The notes beneath the pieces are model-generated. The model had not been told where the DNA came from. It worked only from the letters and a program-made list of their open reading frames with translations, and ran no database searches. From Bilabrum cf. latius (lineage: Eukaryota), in the NCBI GenBank assembly GCA_965178125.1, contig OZ237739.1:1240001-1304000 (forward strand): DNA of 64,000 nucleotides, read 5' to 3'. The position numbers and the translations under genes were made by a program. Positions 35,954-48,098 of this stretch are shown here, one piece after another. Position 1 is the first letter of the stretch. Each line of letters opens with the position of its first letter.

Positions 35954-38900
35954 TCAGCCATGCATGGCTGTCGCCATCTTCGACAAAATCGCCTCCATCA
36001 CCTCATGCGCCAGCTTCGCATTCACCCGCTGGTTCCTCCCGAAGTCCACACCTTTTCCTCCAGTCCCCGAGCAGCAGCCGCACCCTGCACAGGCCTGCGG
36101 GGAGCAGCAAAAGAGCGTGCGCCGCACGCTCAGCGGCAACGAGCTCCAGATAACAGCCCCCACTTCAGCTGCTGCCGGCCAGCAGTACTCCTCCGGATCG
36201 TTCCATGGATCCCTCGTCACCTGTCTCCTCTCCTCTGACGCGTTCTTCACGTTGATAGGGGGGTCAGTATCGTATCCTACGTGCAGCAGATCCCGGATCT
36301 GAGAGACCTTTTTCCCCGCTGAGCAGTGCACCATGATGATGGCCTTGTCCTGATCAAAGTGGTAGAATCTCTCGAGGAAGGTCTTGACTTGCCCCGGCGT
36401 AGACAGCACGAAGACGTAGACCACACCGGGCTGGAAGTCTGCACCCATAGAAATCTCCTCTGTGAACTTGACTTGGTGGGCATTGGCGCCTGCACTTGGC
36501 GCACGATCTCGCATTTTAGGCACGGGTGCAGGGACGGGGAGCTCGATCTTACCGCCGTGCCCATCTATAGCACGGGCGCGGGAACCAGACTAGCCCTTCG
36601 TTTTGCGCTGCTGCGCGTGGCCCTGGCTCTTGCTTGTCGAGCAACCTCTGCTGTTGAGGGCAACATGCAGCGTGCTCGGGGCAGCCTGTCCATTGGTGTC
36701 CACATCTGCCTGCAGCGTGCTCGGGGCAGCCTGTCCACTGGTGTCCACATCTGCCTGCAGCGTGCTCGGGGCAGCCTGTCCACTGGTGTCCACACCTGCC
36801 TGCAGCGTGCTCGAGACACCCTGTCCACTGGTGTCCACACCTGCCTGCAGCGTGCTCGGGGCAGTCTGTCCATTGGTGTCCACACCTGCCTGCAGCGTGC
36901 TCGGGGCAGCCTGTCCACTGGTGTCCACACCTGCCTGCAGCGTGCTCGGGGCAGCCTGTCCACTGGTGTCCACACCTGCCTGCAGCGTGCTCGGGGCAGC
37001 CTGTCCACTGGTGTCCACACCTGCCTGCAGCGTGCTCGGGGCAGCCTGTCCACTGGTGTCCACACCTGCCTGCAGCGTGCTCGGGGCAGCCTGTCCACTG
37101 GTGTCCACATCTGCCTGCAGCGTGCTCGGGGCAGCCTGTCCACTGGTGTCCACACCTGCCTGCAGCGTGCTCGGGGCAGCCTGTCCATTGGTGTCCACAT
37201 CTGCCTGCAGCGTGCTCGGGGCAGCCTGTCCACTGGTGTCCACACCTGCCTGCAGCGTGCTCGGGGCAGCCTGTCCACTGGTGTCCACATCTGCCTGCAG
37301 CGTGCTCGGGGCAGCCTGTCCACTGGTGTCCACATCTGCCTGCAGCGTGCTCGGGGCAGCCTGTCCACTGGTGTCCACATCTGCCTGCAGCGTGCTCGGG
37401 GCAGCCTGTCCACTGGTGCCCACATCTGCCTGTCGACTGGTGTCCACACCTGCCTGCAGCGTGCTCGGGGCAGCCTGTCCATTGGTGTCCACACCTGCCT
37501 GCAGCGTGCTCGGGGCAGCCTGTCCATTGGTGTCCACATCTGCCTGCAGCGTGCTCGGGGCAGCCTGTCCACTGGTGTCCACACCTGCCTGCAGCGTGCT
37601 CGGGGCAGCCTGTCCACTGGTGTCCACACCTGCCTGCAGCGTGCTCGGGGCAGCCTGTCCACTGGTGTCCACACCTGCCTGCAGCGTGCTCGGGGCAGCC
37701 TGTCCACTGGTGTCCACACCTGCCTGCAGCGTGCTCGGGGCAGCCTGTCCACTGGTGTCCACACCTGCCTGCAGCGTGCTCGGGGCAGCCTGTCCACTGG
37801 TGTCCACACCTGCCTGCAGCGTGCTCGGGGCAGCCTGTCCACTGGTGTCCACATCTGCCTACAGCGTGCTCGAGCCGCTTGCATCATCGGAGACCGCAAG
37901 GCTCGGGTGCCTTGCTTCAGAGCCGTCATAGCTGGAGTCGTCTTGGCTTGACTCCGTAGGTGAGCTAACGCTGCCCGGTAGTTTCCAAGTACCCAGATTG
38001 TCTGTCCACGAGGGCGGATCCTCAGTCGATTGCTGGCCGGGATTGCGACCGAACTGCGTGATGCTCTTGTTTCGATCGCCCGTGGTGGTGTCATCTTGCT
38101 GATCCTGCGAGCTGTACGTATTTGAGCTCACAAAATGATACTCCTAGATTTCGAACCCGAGCTTAAGCAGGAGCTCCATGACGCCCCGAGCCCCGGCGGG
38201 CTTTCGCACGCTCTGTGCATCTCGAAGCGCAGTTTTCTACATGGCGCGGTTACCCGCGGGCGCTATAGGGGCAGATTTGTGCTTGCCACGCTGTTTCCAC
38301 CGCGCCAGCTCGCCGTCCTGGTCGGGTGCTCCAAACATGAATGCGAATCGCAGATGCCTGGTGGAGTGTCGCTGAGTGTTTCTGGCAGCGTCAAAAATAC
38401 TGCGACTTCGCTGCATGCGTTTGCTTGCCGAGCTGGCCATAGTGATATGCTGCCACACAAAATGCGCAAGCATCCCTGGGGCTGCTACCATGGAGGTCAT
38501 GAGCCGACCGGATGCTGTATGGGCCAGCTTTGGAGGTTGGTCATCCCCGGTCCTCAGGCTGTTCATTCTTGCTGCGGAAGCGAGTTCCGTTGCCTGTGCC
38601 AAGAGGTGCACGTCTTGCTGCGGAAGCAGGCTCTGGGCTGCAACAAGTCGCCGCAGCTCAGGACTGTGGCTGTAGGCAAAGCTAAGGTCCCCAACGGCAT
38701 CGCTCGCAAGCATCGTGACAGCAAGTGCGACAATAGACAGGAACACATGCACGGGATCAACGCTCTGGTCCAACGGCTTGCTGAATGCAAATAGTCCAAT
38801 CGCCGTGTGCAGCACGGCGTAGAGTAGTAATAGCAGCTAGACCACTGCAAACAGCAGGCCAGGAGCCGCGATGAACGCATCGCCTACCTGCCGACCATCT

Positions 38901-41197
38901 TGCGACAGGAATAGCGGGCCTACCCGCAGTGAGTTGGGGGGCGCGCACAGATGACCCCTGCATCGACAGGACCTGCACCACTTCGAGCCGTACAGCTTGG
39001 TCTTGCCAGGCCCCCTTCGCTTGTCTCTGGCTTGCACCTTGGCCGCAATGCGGGAAGCGTGGAATGCATGCCAGAACGCCGTGGTGACTCGCTCGGCAGA
39101 TGCCCACCACTGGAACGATGCGATCATGGAGCGCACGTCTGGCTCCGTGATCCTGGGGTCTGGCACGCAGCACCGGAACTCGGGCTCAATCAGGGGGTCA
39201 GGGCCGACATCCTCAAGTTGTTCTGATCCGTACCCCAGCTCCCTCGCAGTGGGCTTCTTCACGCCTAGGAACATGTAGTAGTGGATGTGCCGAAGAAGCG
39301 CATCGCCCGTCTCCACCACGGGAATGCCGAAGTCTCTCATGCAAGCAAGCAGGTGCGCTCTGTCGAACCTGGGAGCTCCTGGCCCGAGCTGCTGGATGCT
39401 CTCCTCGGGCCACTCGGGCCACTCGAGACCTGGCAGGTCTCCATTTTTTGGCAGGTACACGACGAACTGCTGCCGCCGCCGCAACCGATCGTACTCGAGA
39501 TGCACAGGGACGTAACCATCTCCGTCCAGTTCATGCATCTCTTTTTCCGCCTCTCGCCGCCGCTGCATCTCGATCTTGGAATAGTGCAGGTGCAGCTGGA
39601 CCAACAGCTCGAACATGCAGTTAACGCTGCCAAGATACCCGGGCGTCATGATGATAACTGTAGATAGGGCCTGTGACATGTCGCGTGCGATGGCACCGTG
39701 GAGAGCAGCCGCGTTGGGCAGCCTGCAGACGTCGATCCAGCAGTCAGGAAGCGCCCTCGATATGCTCCTGGCGAGGCCCTGGGCACCGCTGAGCGCTTTG
39801 ACCAGCACTTTGGGCCTTGATCCTGTGACGTCGATAGGATCATCGGGAATGTCGATGGGCTGCTCCAACGGCACAGGCGGTTTTTCGGAGGCTGTTTTGG
39901 TACAAGCGGCAACTTGGACCTGCCCACTCCGACCGCTGCTAGCAGCCTTCTCGAGGCTAGCGGCACCTTGGACCTGCTCCGACAGGTCTACATATCCACC
40001 ACCCGAGTGTCCCCACTTGTACGACAGGAAAAACATCGGCGCTTGCACCCCAGAGATGGCCTGCAGCCTATCGGCAAAACTGATCGAGCTGGGATGCTTC
40101 CCCCATGCCCGCCCAGTGACGACAAAGAAGAGGCCCTGTCCCAGCACGAGCAGGATGGACAGCAGAAGCGCGATGGTGGAATCATACCTGAACGCGTCCT
40201 TCATCACGAGCCCAATCTCAGTGGCACCGATGAACAGCACGTTCTAACCCAGCACCTTCTCTTCGTGGGTGTCTAGCTCGCTGTACCGAGCGTCTGCCAG
40301 CCGGAACACAATCCCGGCAACAATGGATCCAATTACTAGGATCATGAATAGAGCCAGAGACGTGAGGTACGTCAGGGCCAGCTGCTCGTTCTCCAGGCCA
40401 GACGAGACAACAATGCCATGTTCCCTGTCAAAGTAGGCCGTCGTGTGGCCGAGGGCTATGCGTGGGCTGCACCCGCACATGCACTGCAGACACGCGCTGT
40501 GGCACGGGGCGACAAGGCGCCTGCATGCCCCGCAGCACGTGCTTCGAGCGACCCTGCCAGACGTGCAGATGAAAGAGCAGGTGCATGCCGAGCCCAGAAG
40601 CAGGAGGCATTCCTTGGTCGGCAGGTGGGCATCTTCTTCGCCGAGTTCACCGCACTCTACGTCATCGATCTTAGCCCTACGAGGATCAGACCCCACTCCA
40701 GCTTCAAGTTCCTATGCAGTATCCCAATTTATCGCTTTATGCACTGCCACTTTCACTTTCCCATTCCAGTACTCTTTGGGAATACCTCCAGCGGTCCACG
40801 GGCGAGAGCTAGCCCTGCGTCTTGTGTGTCTACGCCGCATCTACTCTATCAGATTCGCGCTATGACCAGTTGTATTAGATCGTTGCAGTTGCCCTGATCC
40901 TTTGCCTTGATCTTCCGAAGTTGGTGTGTCCTACCTATCACTTGAAGCTCCAAGAACACGCCTCAAAATGTGTGTTGCCTTCAAAAGGGAATTACTTGGT
41001 CGTAGCTTATCGTCATGTTTTGACGTCGCTCTTGATGTGAAGACGAAGGCCTCAATCATGCCAGCAAGCATCGGATCCTTTTCTACAGGAATACCAATAG
41101 GCTCCCGCTTTAGATTCTCCATCAACTCTTTGCAGTACTCTGCTATAACATTTGCAGTTCTGGGCGGCAACGGTGCAGGTTGTGGGCTTGCCATCAT
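35954..41197 (-). CDS. ~1747-aa multi-pass membrane protein with TIR-like domain and internal 15-aa tandem repeat
   Basis: Seven track ORFs join in one frame from ATG 41197 to TGA 35954 across 9 TAGs. TIR_2-like motifs FFLSYKW...CWIDV...AIARDMSQALSTVIIMTPGYLGSVNCMFEL. Two hydrophobic helices on each side of the TIR domain. Confidence 0.78.
36666..37871. repeat. Coding minisatellite, 45-bp unit, about 26-27 copies (VDTSGQAAPSTLQAG)
   Basis: Head-to-tail unit TGCAGCGTGCTCGGGGCAGCCTGTCCACTGGTGTCCACACCTGCC with few variants and one 24-bp partial unit. No spacers. Confidence 0.97.
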
Positions 41198-41351
41198 GAC
41201 TATTCACCAGTTATGGTGGCAAATTGGCGCCATGCGCGTCTGCCGGTTGGTTCCGCTCGCGGCGCCGCTATCCGACACAGCGGTTGTCGCGCAATAATCC
41301 GCGTGACCGCACAAAATTCAAGAAGTTCAAGCTGGACCTTGCTCAATACAA

Positions 41352-44300
41352 TTACCACTCGTTACCCCTACCTCGCCCGCCGCTCGACTCAAAGTCGCGC
41401 GGGCCTCGGCTATCACCCGAATGCCTGCCTCCTCCCCTTCCCCTGCCTCCTCCCTTTCCCCTTCCCCTCCCTCGCCCCCTGCTTCTTGCTTCTCTCCTCT
41501 CCACCCGCACAGCCTGGTGGGTCGTCTCTCCTTCGACCAGCTCAGTCACCGCGTTCACTTCACGGTCGCAAATTGCACACCCGCGGAGCACGCCGCCCCC
41601 GCCAGCTCGATCCAGCACCAGGACACTCGAGCCACATGACCCGCACTTGGGCCCCTCAGCCACCCTGACGCCGCTATAACTACCATGCAGCCTCATGATC
41701 ATGTTGCACTGGTTGCAGCAAGCCTTCCATGTCTTCGGGCCGCTCCTGGGGTCCAGGACCATAAAGCCCGGGCACCCCTTCACCTTGCCCCCCAGCTGCA
41801 GGGCGCTCGTCACACCCCCACTTCCACCCCTACTGCCCGATCCAGGGTCGGCACCTGCAGTGCCACGCACCGGGCCCTTGACTTTGGTTCCGCCACCCGC
41901 CGCGAGAAATGCGCGGCGCCCCGCCCCAGGCCCCCGGTCAGCCTTCCCTACTCCCATCACGAGACTGCCACCCCCCTTCCCCCAGCCGCTGCTGCCGTCC
42001 TCTTCCTCTTCGCCTCTCCGGAATCCACCTCTCCCTCTCCCTCTCCCTCTCCCCCGCCCCCGCCCTCTGCCGCCTCCTTTCGCCTGTCGCACGCCGTCCG
42101 CGAGACCCCTCGGACACGGCGCCACGGCATGCCGCACCAGACCGTGCTCGCACTCGGGGTGCATGCACTAGTCACACCCCATGCCACTTCTCGGCCCGCT
42201 GGCGAAGGGGGGGTTCGTGTAGCAGTAGGGGCACAGCACGAAGCTCCGGCCCACCGTGTTCGACTTGCGACCCAGGGAGAAGTACACCAGCTCGAAGCCA
42301 TCGAGCGGGCACTTCTTGCCCCCGTGCTTCTGGAACACCCCGTCCTGAGGCAGAGACAGGGTCTCGTTGCAGTTCTCGCAGTAGAGCCTCGAGGGCCGCT
42401 GCTTGAGAAGGGTCATGACCTTCCTGCACCTGCCGCACCGCGTGAAGGGCTCCCCGGCCTTGCCGAGGGGAGTGAACGTGGCCTCAAACAGCTCGTCCAT
42501 GGCCTGCAGGTGGGACACAAAGTACCTGAACTTGGCCTCGAACACGCCCAGCGCGTGGGTCAGCACAGCCTTGGCGTCTGCCTCGCCCTTCGCGATCCGT
42601 GAGCACTCCGCCTCGATGGCCGCACGAACCGTCGGGAGGACGAGCTCGGGATCGATCCTGCGGTACCCGTGGATCAGTGCCGTCCCCAGCATCGTGGGGA
42701 TCAGGGTCCTCCCCGGGCCAAGACTGACATAATCTCTGGCCTGGATGTTGTTGATGTGGCTCGATATGGATGCGTCGGTGCCGATCCCGTGCTTCTCCAT
42801 CTGCCCGATCAGCTCGCTCTCCGATAGATAGCCCGGTGGGCGCGTCTCGCCGTCTTTCAGTGCCAGCGAGGCAATGGACAGTTCGTCACCCGGCTCCATG
42901 CGAGGCACCGACAGGAGCTTGCCTTGCTCTCTGCCGGCCCCGCATCCAGACCCGCTCGACGCGGCTGATCCTGGTATGCCGGCAGCGGCTGTTGCTGCAT
43001 GGCCAGCCGCATCCGTCAGGCTGTCAGCGTACGAAGGCCGCAGCACAGCCAGGAAGCCCGCTCTGACCAGTCGCTTGCCCTGCGCGCTGAAATGCTCGCC
43101 GTCGAGGTGGCTGTGGCTGCGAGCGTCGCGCTCGGTTGCGGAAGATGATGGCGCGGGCTAGGCGGCGGCCGTAGACGATGACACCAACCGGTCGGTGGCA
43201 CCAGGCGCGGCACCTGCTTCAGCACCAGGCGCCAGACCTAGCCCGGGGGGCAATTGTGGTGCGCTGGCATGCGCGGGCCTGCTACTACAAGTACCTGTCG
43301 AGCCTTTCCGCCTCACCGCTATCTCGGGTGGGTCTTCCTTGGGAGCAACAAGTCGAAGGGTCTGCAGCTCGTACACGGCGTCAGGGCTGACCGTGGCAAG
43401 GAAATGTCTCGCCACGAGGTCGTAGAGTCTGGCCTCGTCGCCGTGCAGCTCGGCTGGTGACACCGCCCTCACCGGCGTGATGGGCGGGTGGTCGCCGGCG
43501 TCGAAGCCTCGTCGGGGCCGAGTGAAGCCGCCTTGCAGGCTAGCCAAGGGAGATATTGCGCTGGCGTGAGGCGAGGATGATGACATTGCTCCTATCGACG
43601 AAGCCCCCCCCTTGGCCGCCAAGAGAGGGGCAGCGTACTTGGTCCAGTGCGGGCTGCCAGCAAACTCCGCGACCGCGGACTTGAGATCGAAGGATTCTGG
43701 GTACTGGGTCGACTCCGTCCGAGGGTAGGAGAGTATCCCGTTGAGATAGAGGCGCTCTGCCACGTGCATGCACTGGTGCGGGCCCATGCCCAGTGCCCTG
43801 GAGGCGGATTTGAGCATGGCCACCGTGTTCATGGGCTGGGGCCTCCTCTGCTTGCTCTCCTCCTGGCGCCACGATGACACGACGAATCGCTTCGCAGCGC
43901 GCACTTCCTCCAACAGGGCGCGGGCGATGGACACATCGAAGCATCGGCCCCTCCGCCAGGACAGAGGCAGCACCATCTGCCGCTAGCTCGCCGCCCTGTC
44001 GCCTGCACCGGACGCGCTCGGTGGAGGCAGGCCTGCTGCACCCACGAGAGACCAGTACCTCTCCGGCCGAAATGCGGCTATTTCGTCGGCCCGCTGCACA
44101 CAGAAGCCGAGGGTGGGTGTTTGGCAAGGGCCGTAGCTCACCACTCTTGCATCAAGGTCTCCGTACTTGCCCTGGAAGTACCTCGTCTGGAACCGACTGA
44201 ATGCAACGCCAACCTTAAGGTCAAGTTCTTGCCTGGCATCGACAGAAAGGGCTTCGTTCTCATCTGGGTCTGTTAAAGAGGACATGGCCTTTGCGATGTC

Positions 44301-44768
44301 AGACGGGCTTACCGCGCTGAACTTAGCACGAAACGCTCGCTTTCCAGCGCCCTTTGGCGGTCGTGACAACACAGGCAAGACGACGTCAAGCACTTCGAAG
44401 CAAATATTTTCCCCCTCCCTGTCACAATCTAGAAACAAGATGACATAAGATGCTCCTCGAGCCTCGTCTCGCAGATGTCTGATGGTGCCACCTTGGTTTG
44501 GCTGCTTCTCAGTGGGTGCAGCGAAAAGCTCGACCGGATCAACCGCGTCCCAATCCTAGTAGCGATCTGGAAAATCTGTGCTGAATACGTGACCTGTTAC
44601 GCTGGTAACTTTAAACTGGATTGGCTTGCCCAAGAAGCTGCCCTCGCATTCGAACACAGGGATCCTTCCGCGGTCTAGCTTTCTGGGGGACCCACGAGCC
44701 AGAGCTCGAGCAACCGCCTGGGCTATGCTAGGTTTTTCAGCAACAACGAACGCCACTTTGGTCGCCAT
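41352..44768 (-). CDS. TOP3B: DNA/RNA topoisomerase III beta
   Basis: VAEKPSIA, VTSVTGHVF, LDCDREGENICFEV, SVDARQELDLKVGVAFSRFQT, SYGPCQTPTLGFCV, catalytic LSYPRTEST, AGDHPPITP, GIGTDASI, C-terminal Zn-finger Cys pairs and RGG tail. Four TAGs. Ends at TAA. Confidence 0.96.
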
Positions 44769-45077
44769 GCATAGCAGGTGTGAAACACGGTAGCGCCGCA
44801 CGCCTGCAATAGTGTGAGCGGAACCTACCAGTAGTGTGGCGCCGCGCGCGGCCGGCGAGGAGCGGATTAAAGATTGGCAGTCAGCTACGGCAGGCCCGTC
44901 GACTTGTGTGGGTGTGTGTGTGTGGGGGGGGGGGGAGGGTGGGATGGCGTCTCGAGGAGAAGTCTGTCGAGTTTTTGTAGGTGCTCAACAAGCTGCGGGT
45001 AGCAGAGGTAGGAGGACAAGGGGCGGTGGGTTTCGACTCGTCTGGCCAATGCGCGCCTCTCGCGGTCTTCTGTAGCT

Positions 45078-45509
45078 ATGGCTCGCCTCTCGGTCGCCGC
45101 CTAGCACCAGCACATGCGCGGGAAACAGCGTGTGTACCACACTATGTACTCACGGGTCATGCAGGGCCACTCAAGGATCCTCGATTTTGTCTCGAAGAGA
45201 TCGAGGAGGGCTGCAGCGAAGGCCAAGCGGGCGCTCGTAAGGGCGGTTCGGGAGGACTATGCCAGTCTGCCTGCAGGCGCAGCCGAAAACAACAACCTTG
45301 CCATGGCAGTCGCCAACGTCAAGGCAGGGTTGGGCCAGAACGGGCGGCAGGACGGGGTGCCGGCAGTGAGCGTCGGAGGGAACGTGAATGCTGACACTCA
45401 CTAGGGGGAATGGATCCTCAGGGTGGAGCTCTGGTGGTTAAGGCCATTGCTGCTGAAGCGTGAAGCCTGGTAGGCCCCAGACCTAGGTTCCAGATGGGGG
45501 GATCTGTGA
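45078..45509 (+). CDS. Hypothetical coding segment, possibly an upstream exon of the lectin gene
   Basis: Protein-like frame containing track ORF 45114..45404, extendable across TAGs to TGA 45507. Exon structure unresolved. Confidence 0.3.
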
Positions 45510-45811
45510 TTCAGCGCAAGCTCCCATCGTCACATGGGCCATGGCACCCACTGGCAGAATGCGCCTTGCCCCCCTGCCAGGGTACCTGCCACTGTTTGAT
45601 CCTACCATGTGGCTATTGCTTTGGTTTGCAGTTGCCGCTGTGCTTGCTCAGCTGGGATATTCTATCAGAACGGTGAGCATGATCATCTTAAAAAGGTGCT
45701 TGCAGTGCTAGTAGGTGAGGAGGGATGCTTTGCTTGCTGTCGAGCCGGATCTCTTGAATTTTGACGCAGGAGGATTCTTCAGCTTTGAGACACAATCGGT
45801 AGCAAGCTGCC

Positions 45812-46195
45812 ATGATTCAGAGGTGTAGCATTAGCGGGCTTGCCAGCCTACCGACTGCAAGGGGTTCGGCTTTGTGGAAAGGGCAAATCCTTTCTGCTGG
45901 TGACAAAGGGCTAGAATACGGCAGCACTGTGCTTCAAATCCAGAATGATTGCAATCTGGTAATTTATCGTGAAGGTACGGCCATGTGGGCATCGCACACG
46001 GTGGGGTATGCCCAGAGATGTGGCCTTCTCATCACCACCAACTAGTGCTCGAGAGAAGGCGACCTCGCCTTGGTCGACATGCGATCAGGCCAGGTTCTCT
46101 GGAGAGTACCCGCTGCCTCTGTGAGCCCTAAGCCAGACTCTCTCGCGGTGCAGGATGACGGGAATGTGGTTCTGTTCAAGGCGGGCGGTACGTGA
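45812..46195 (+). CDS. Bulb-type (GNA-like) mannose-binding lectin domain exon
   Basis: LQIQNDCNLVIY...WASHTVG...CGLLITTN*CSREGDLALVD..GQVLW...LAVQDDGNVVLF contains QxDxNxVxY-type subdomains. One TAG at 46043. Possible GTACGT donor at 46188. Confidence 0.8.
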
Positions 46196-46557
46196 GGAAG
46201 CACTGCAAGCAACGTTACCCACGCGAGCACAAAATCAAGCCCGGCACTACTAGCACATGCGGGGCTGAATCTTTTGCTTCCATTCCATGCATACTATTGT
46301 AACTGCCCCTCGTCTTGTGGCCGTGGCTCAGCGGCAAATTCGCGTTTCCCTTTGATCCCATTGATCCAATTTGCGTCACCGTCATCTCCGCTTCGCAGGC
46401 CCGCATGGAGCACGTGGACGCAAAAGAACTGTGAGACACGCCGCGCCACGCTTCTATCCCGCTTTCACGGGCTCGCGCGGCTTGTTCACCGTCTCCTCCC
46501 TCGTACAAATCAGCTGCTGCTTGCTTCTTCGTACGCCCCCTAATCCAAAATGCAGGG

Positions 46558-47331
46558 ATGCGCCCCGGCAAGGACGAGTTCGGCTTTGGCAGACCCGTTG
46601 ATGACGCTCTGGAGGATGCTATGGACTCCGACAGGTACCCTCCATCGTTGTCAAAGCGATCGGGATCCCTTGTCAATCGAATTGTTGGCGGGGCGGCTTT
46701 GAGTCAAGGTGCTCTAGAATCAACTGCTGAACTGGTGACTGCGACTGTGGCAAGGGCGAGGAATAATCAGGGAACGAGACAGGGACTAAAAGACCTGACG
46801 ACCTCCGTCGTGGACGCGCTAGGCCAGGCATCCGGAGACCAGCGGATGGCTGGGTTCATGGAAGAGTCGATGGTCTCCATATTGGACCTGCTGGGAAGCG
46901 CCGCCCTGGCAGGATCGCACAGCGGTGGCATGAGTCGCACGAATCGCATGAACCGCATGATCGAGCATTCTGTGGAGTCTTTCCTGCCCAATTTAGTGCG
47001 TTCCACCTTGGTGAATTTCCTGGTTCGCATGGTGGACAGGTCGGCCGAGAAGCATGGAGTTGATAGCCCAGAGACGCGGGCCGCTGCGCAGCTGGCCGGT
47101 TCGCTGATGGGCATGGTGTAGATCATCACCACTGATGGCATAGTCGAGATGATGCGAACCTTCGACGGTGAGACGGGCCAGCTGGACGACTCTACGAAGC
47201 TTGGGTTCAGGATCGCGATTGAGTTCGCACATTCGGAGCCGGGCAGGCAGGCGCTACAGAATTCACTCGACATCTTATCAGCTGGAGAAGACAACGGGGG
47301 AAGCGGTCAGGACGGGGAGAGCGTTAAGTGA
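46558..47331 (+). CDS. Helical hypothetical coding segment, possibly the terminal exon of the lectin gene
   Basis: Track ORFs 46558..47121 and 47149..47331 join across TAG. Preceded by a CTAAT...TGCAG branch/acceptor-like sequence ending at 46555. Ends at TGA. Confidence 0.55.
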
Positions 47332-47720
47332 GGCGATCGGTGAGCAAAGCAGTCCAGATGCTGGTTTTGAGAGTTATGATGGCCAGCTGGCAAGAGAGTA
47401 AGCACAGGACCTGCGAAGTCCGTTGGGGACGTCTGGGGGCTTGAACAGAGCCACCCTGAGCGCTGTACCCACTAAACGTTTTGTCATATTCTCAAGTGGG
47501 CTGTGGGCCTTTGTATTGTTGCGAAATGCCGCGAGTTTGCGTCCTCGCTTGACAGTTCTTACTGACGCTGTCCTCGCGCACTGTGTCTGCTTGGCGGGAG
47601 GCAACTTCAACCTTCCATTGTGCGCCGCGTGCACTCAGTCCATATCATTTTGTGCCGCTAGATTCTCGTTTTCTGCGCTGGTTGTTGCGCTTGCTCCCAG
47701 ACCGGGGCCACGATTCCAGT

Positions 47721-47999
47721 CAGTTGGCGCACCAAAGAGCCCGACCGGATCAACCGCGTCCCAACCTAGTAGCAATCTGGAAAATCTGTGCTAAATACGT
47801 GACCTGCTACGCTGGTAACTTTGAACTGGATTGACTTGCCCAACAATCTACCTTCGCTTTCAAACACAGGGATCCTTCCGCCATCTAGCTTTCTAGGGGA
47901 CCCACAAGCCAGAGCTCGAGCAACCGCCTGGGCTATGCTAGGTTTTTCAGCAACAACGAACGCTACGTTGGTCGCCGTGCATGCCACGTTTGAGACACG
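47721..47999 (-). pseudogene. Degenerate duplicate of the TOP3B 5' end
   Basis: Aligns by eye to about 44510-44789. The start ATG has become ACG, a 1-nt deletion follows the conserved TAG, and homology stops after WDAVDPVGLFGAPT. Confidence 0.9.
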
Positions 48000-48098
48000 C
48001 GACAGCAAATGCAATTGCAAGGCACCCAGTGTGATGATTGGACATTGTCAGAGCCTCTCTCTTCTGGTGCAGACTCGAACTATGCGGAATTATACGAT

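Noticed and set aside
36666-37871. Regular repeat array resembling CRISPR
   Set aside because: Units are head-to-tail with no unique spacers, no cas genes are present, the context is eukaryotic, and the array is in frame within a CDS.
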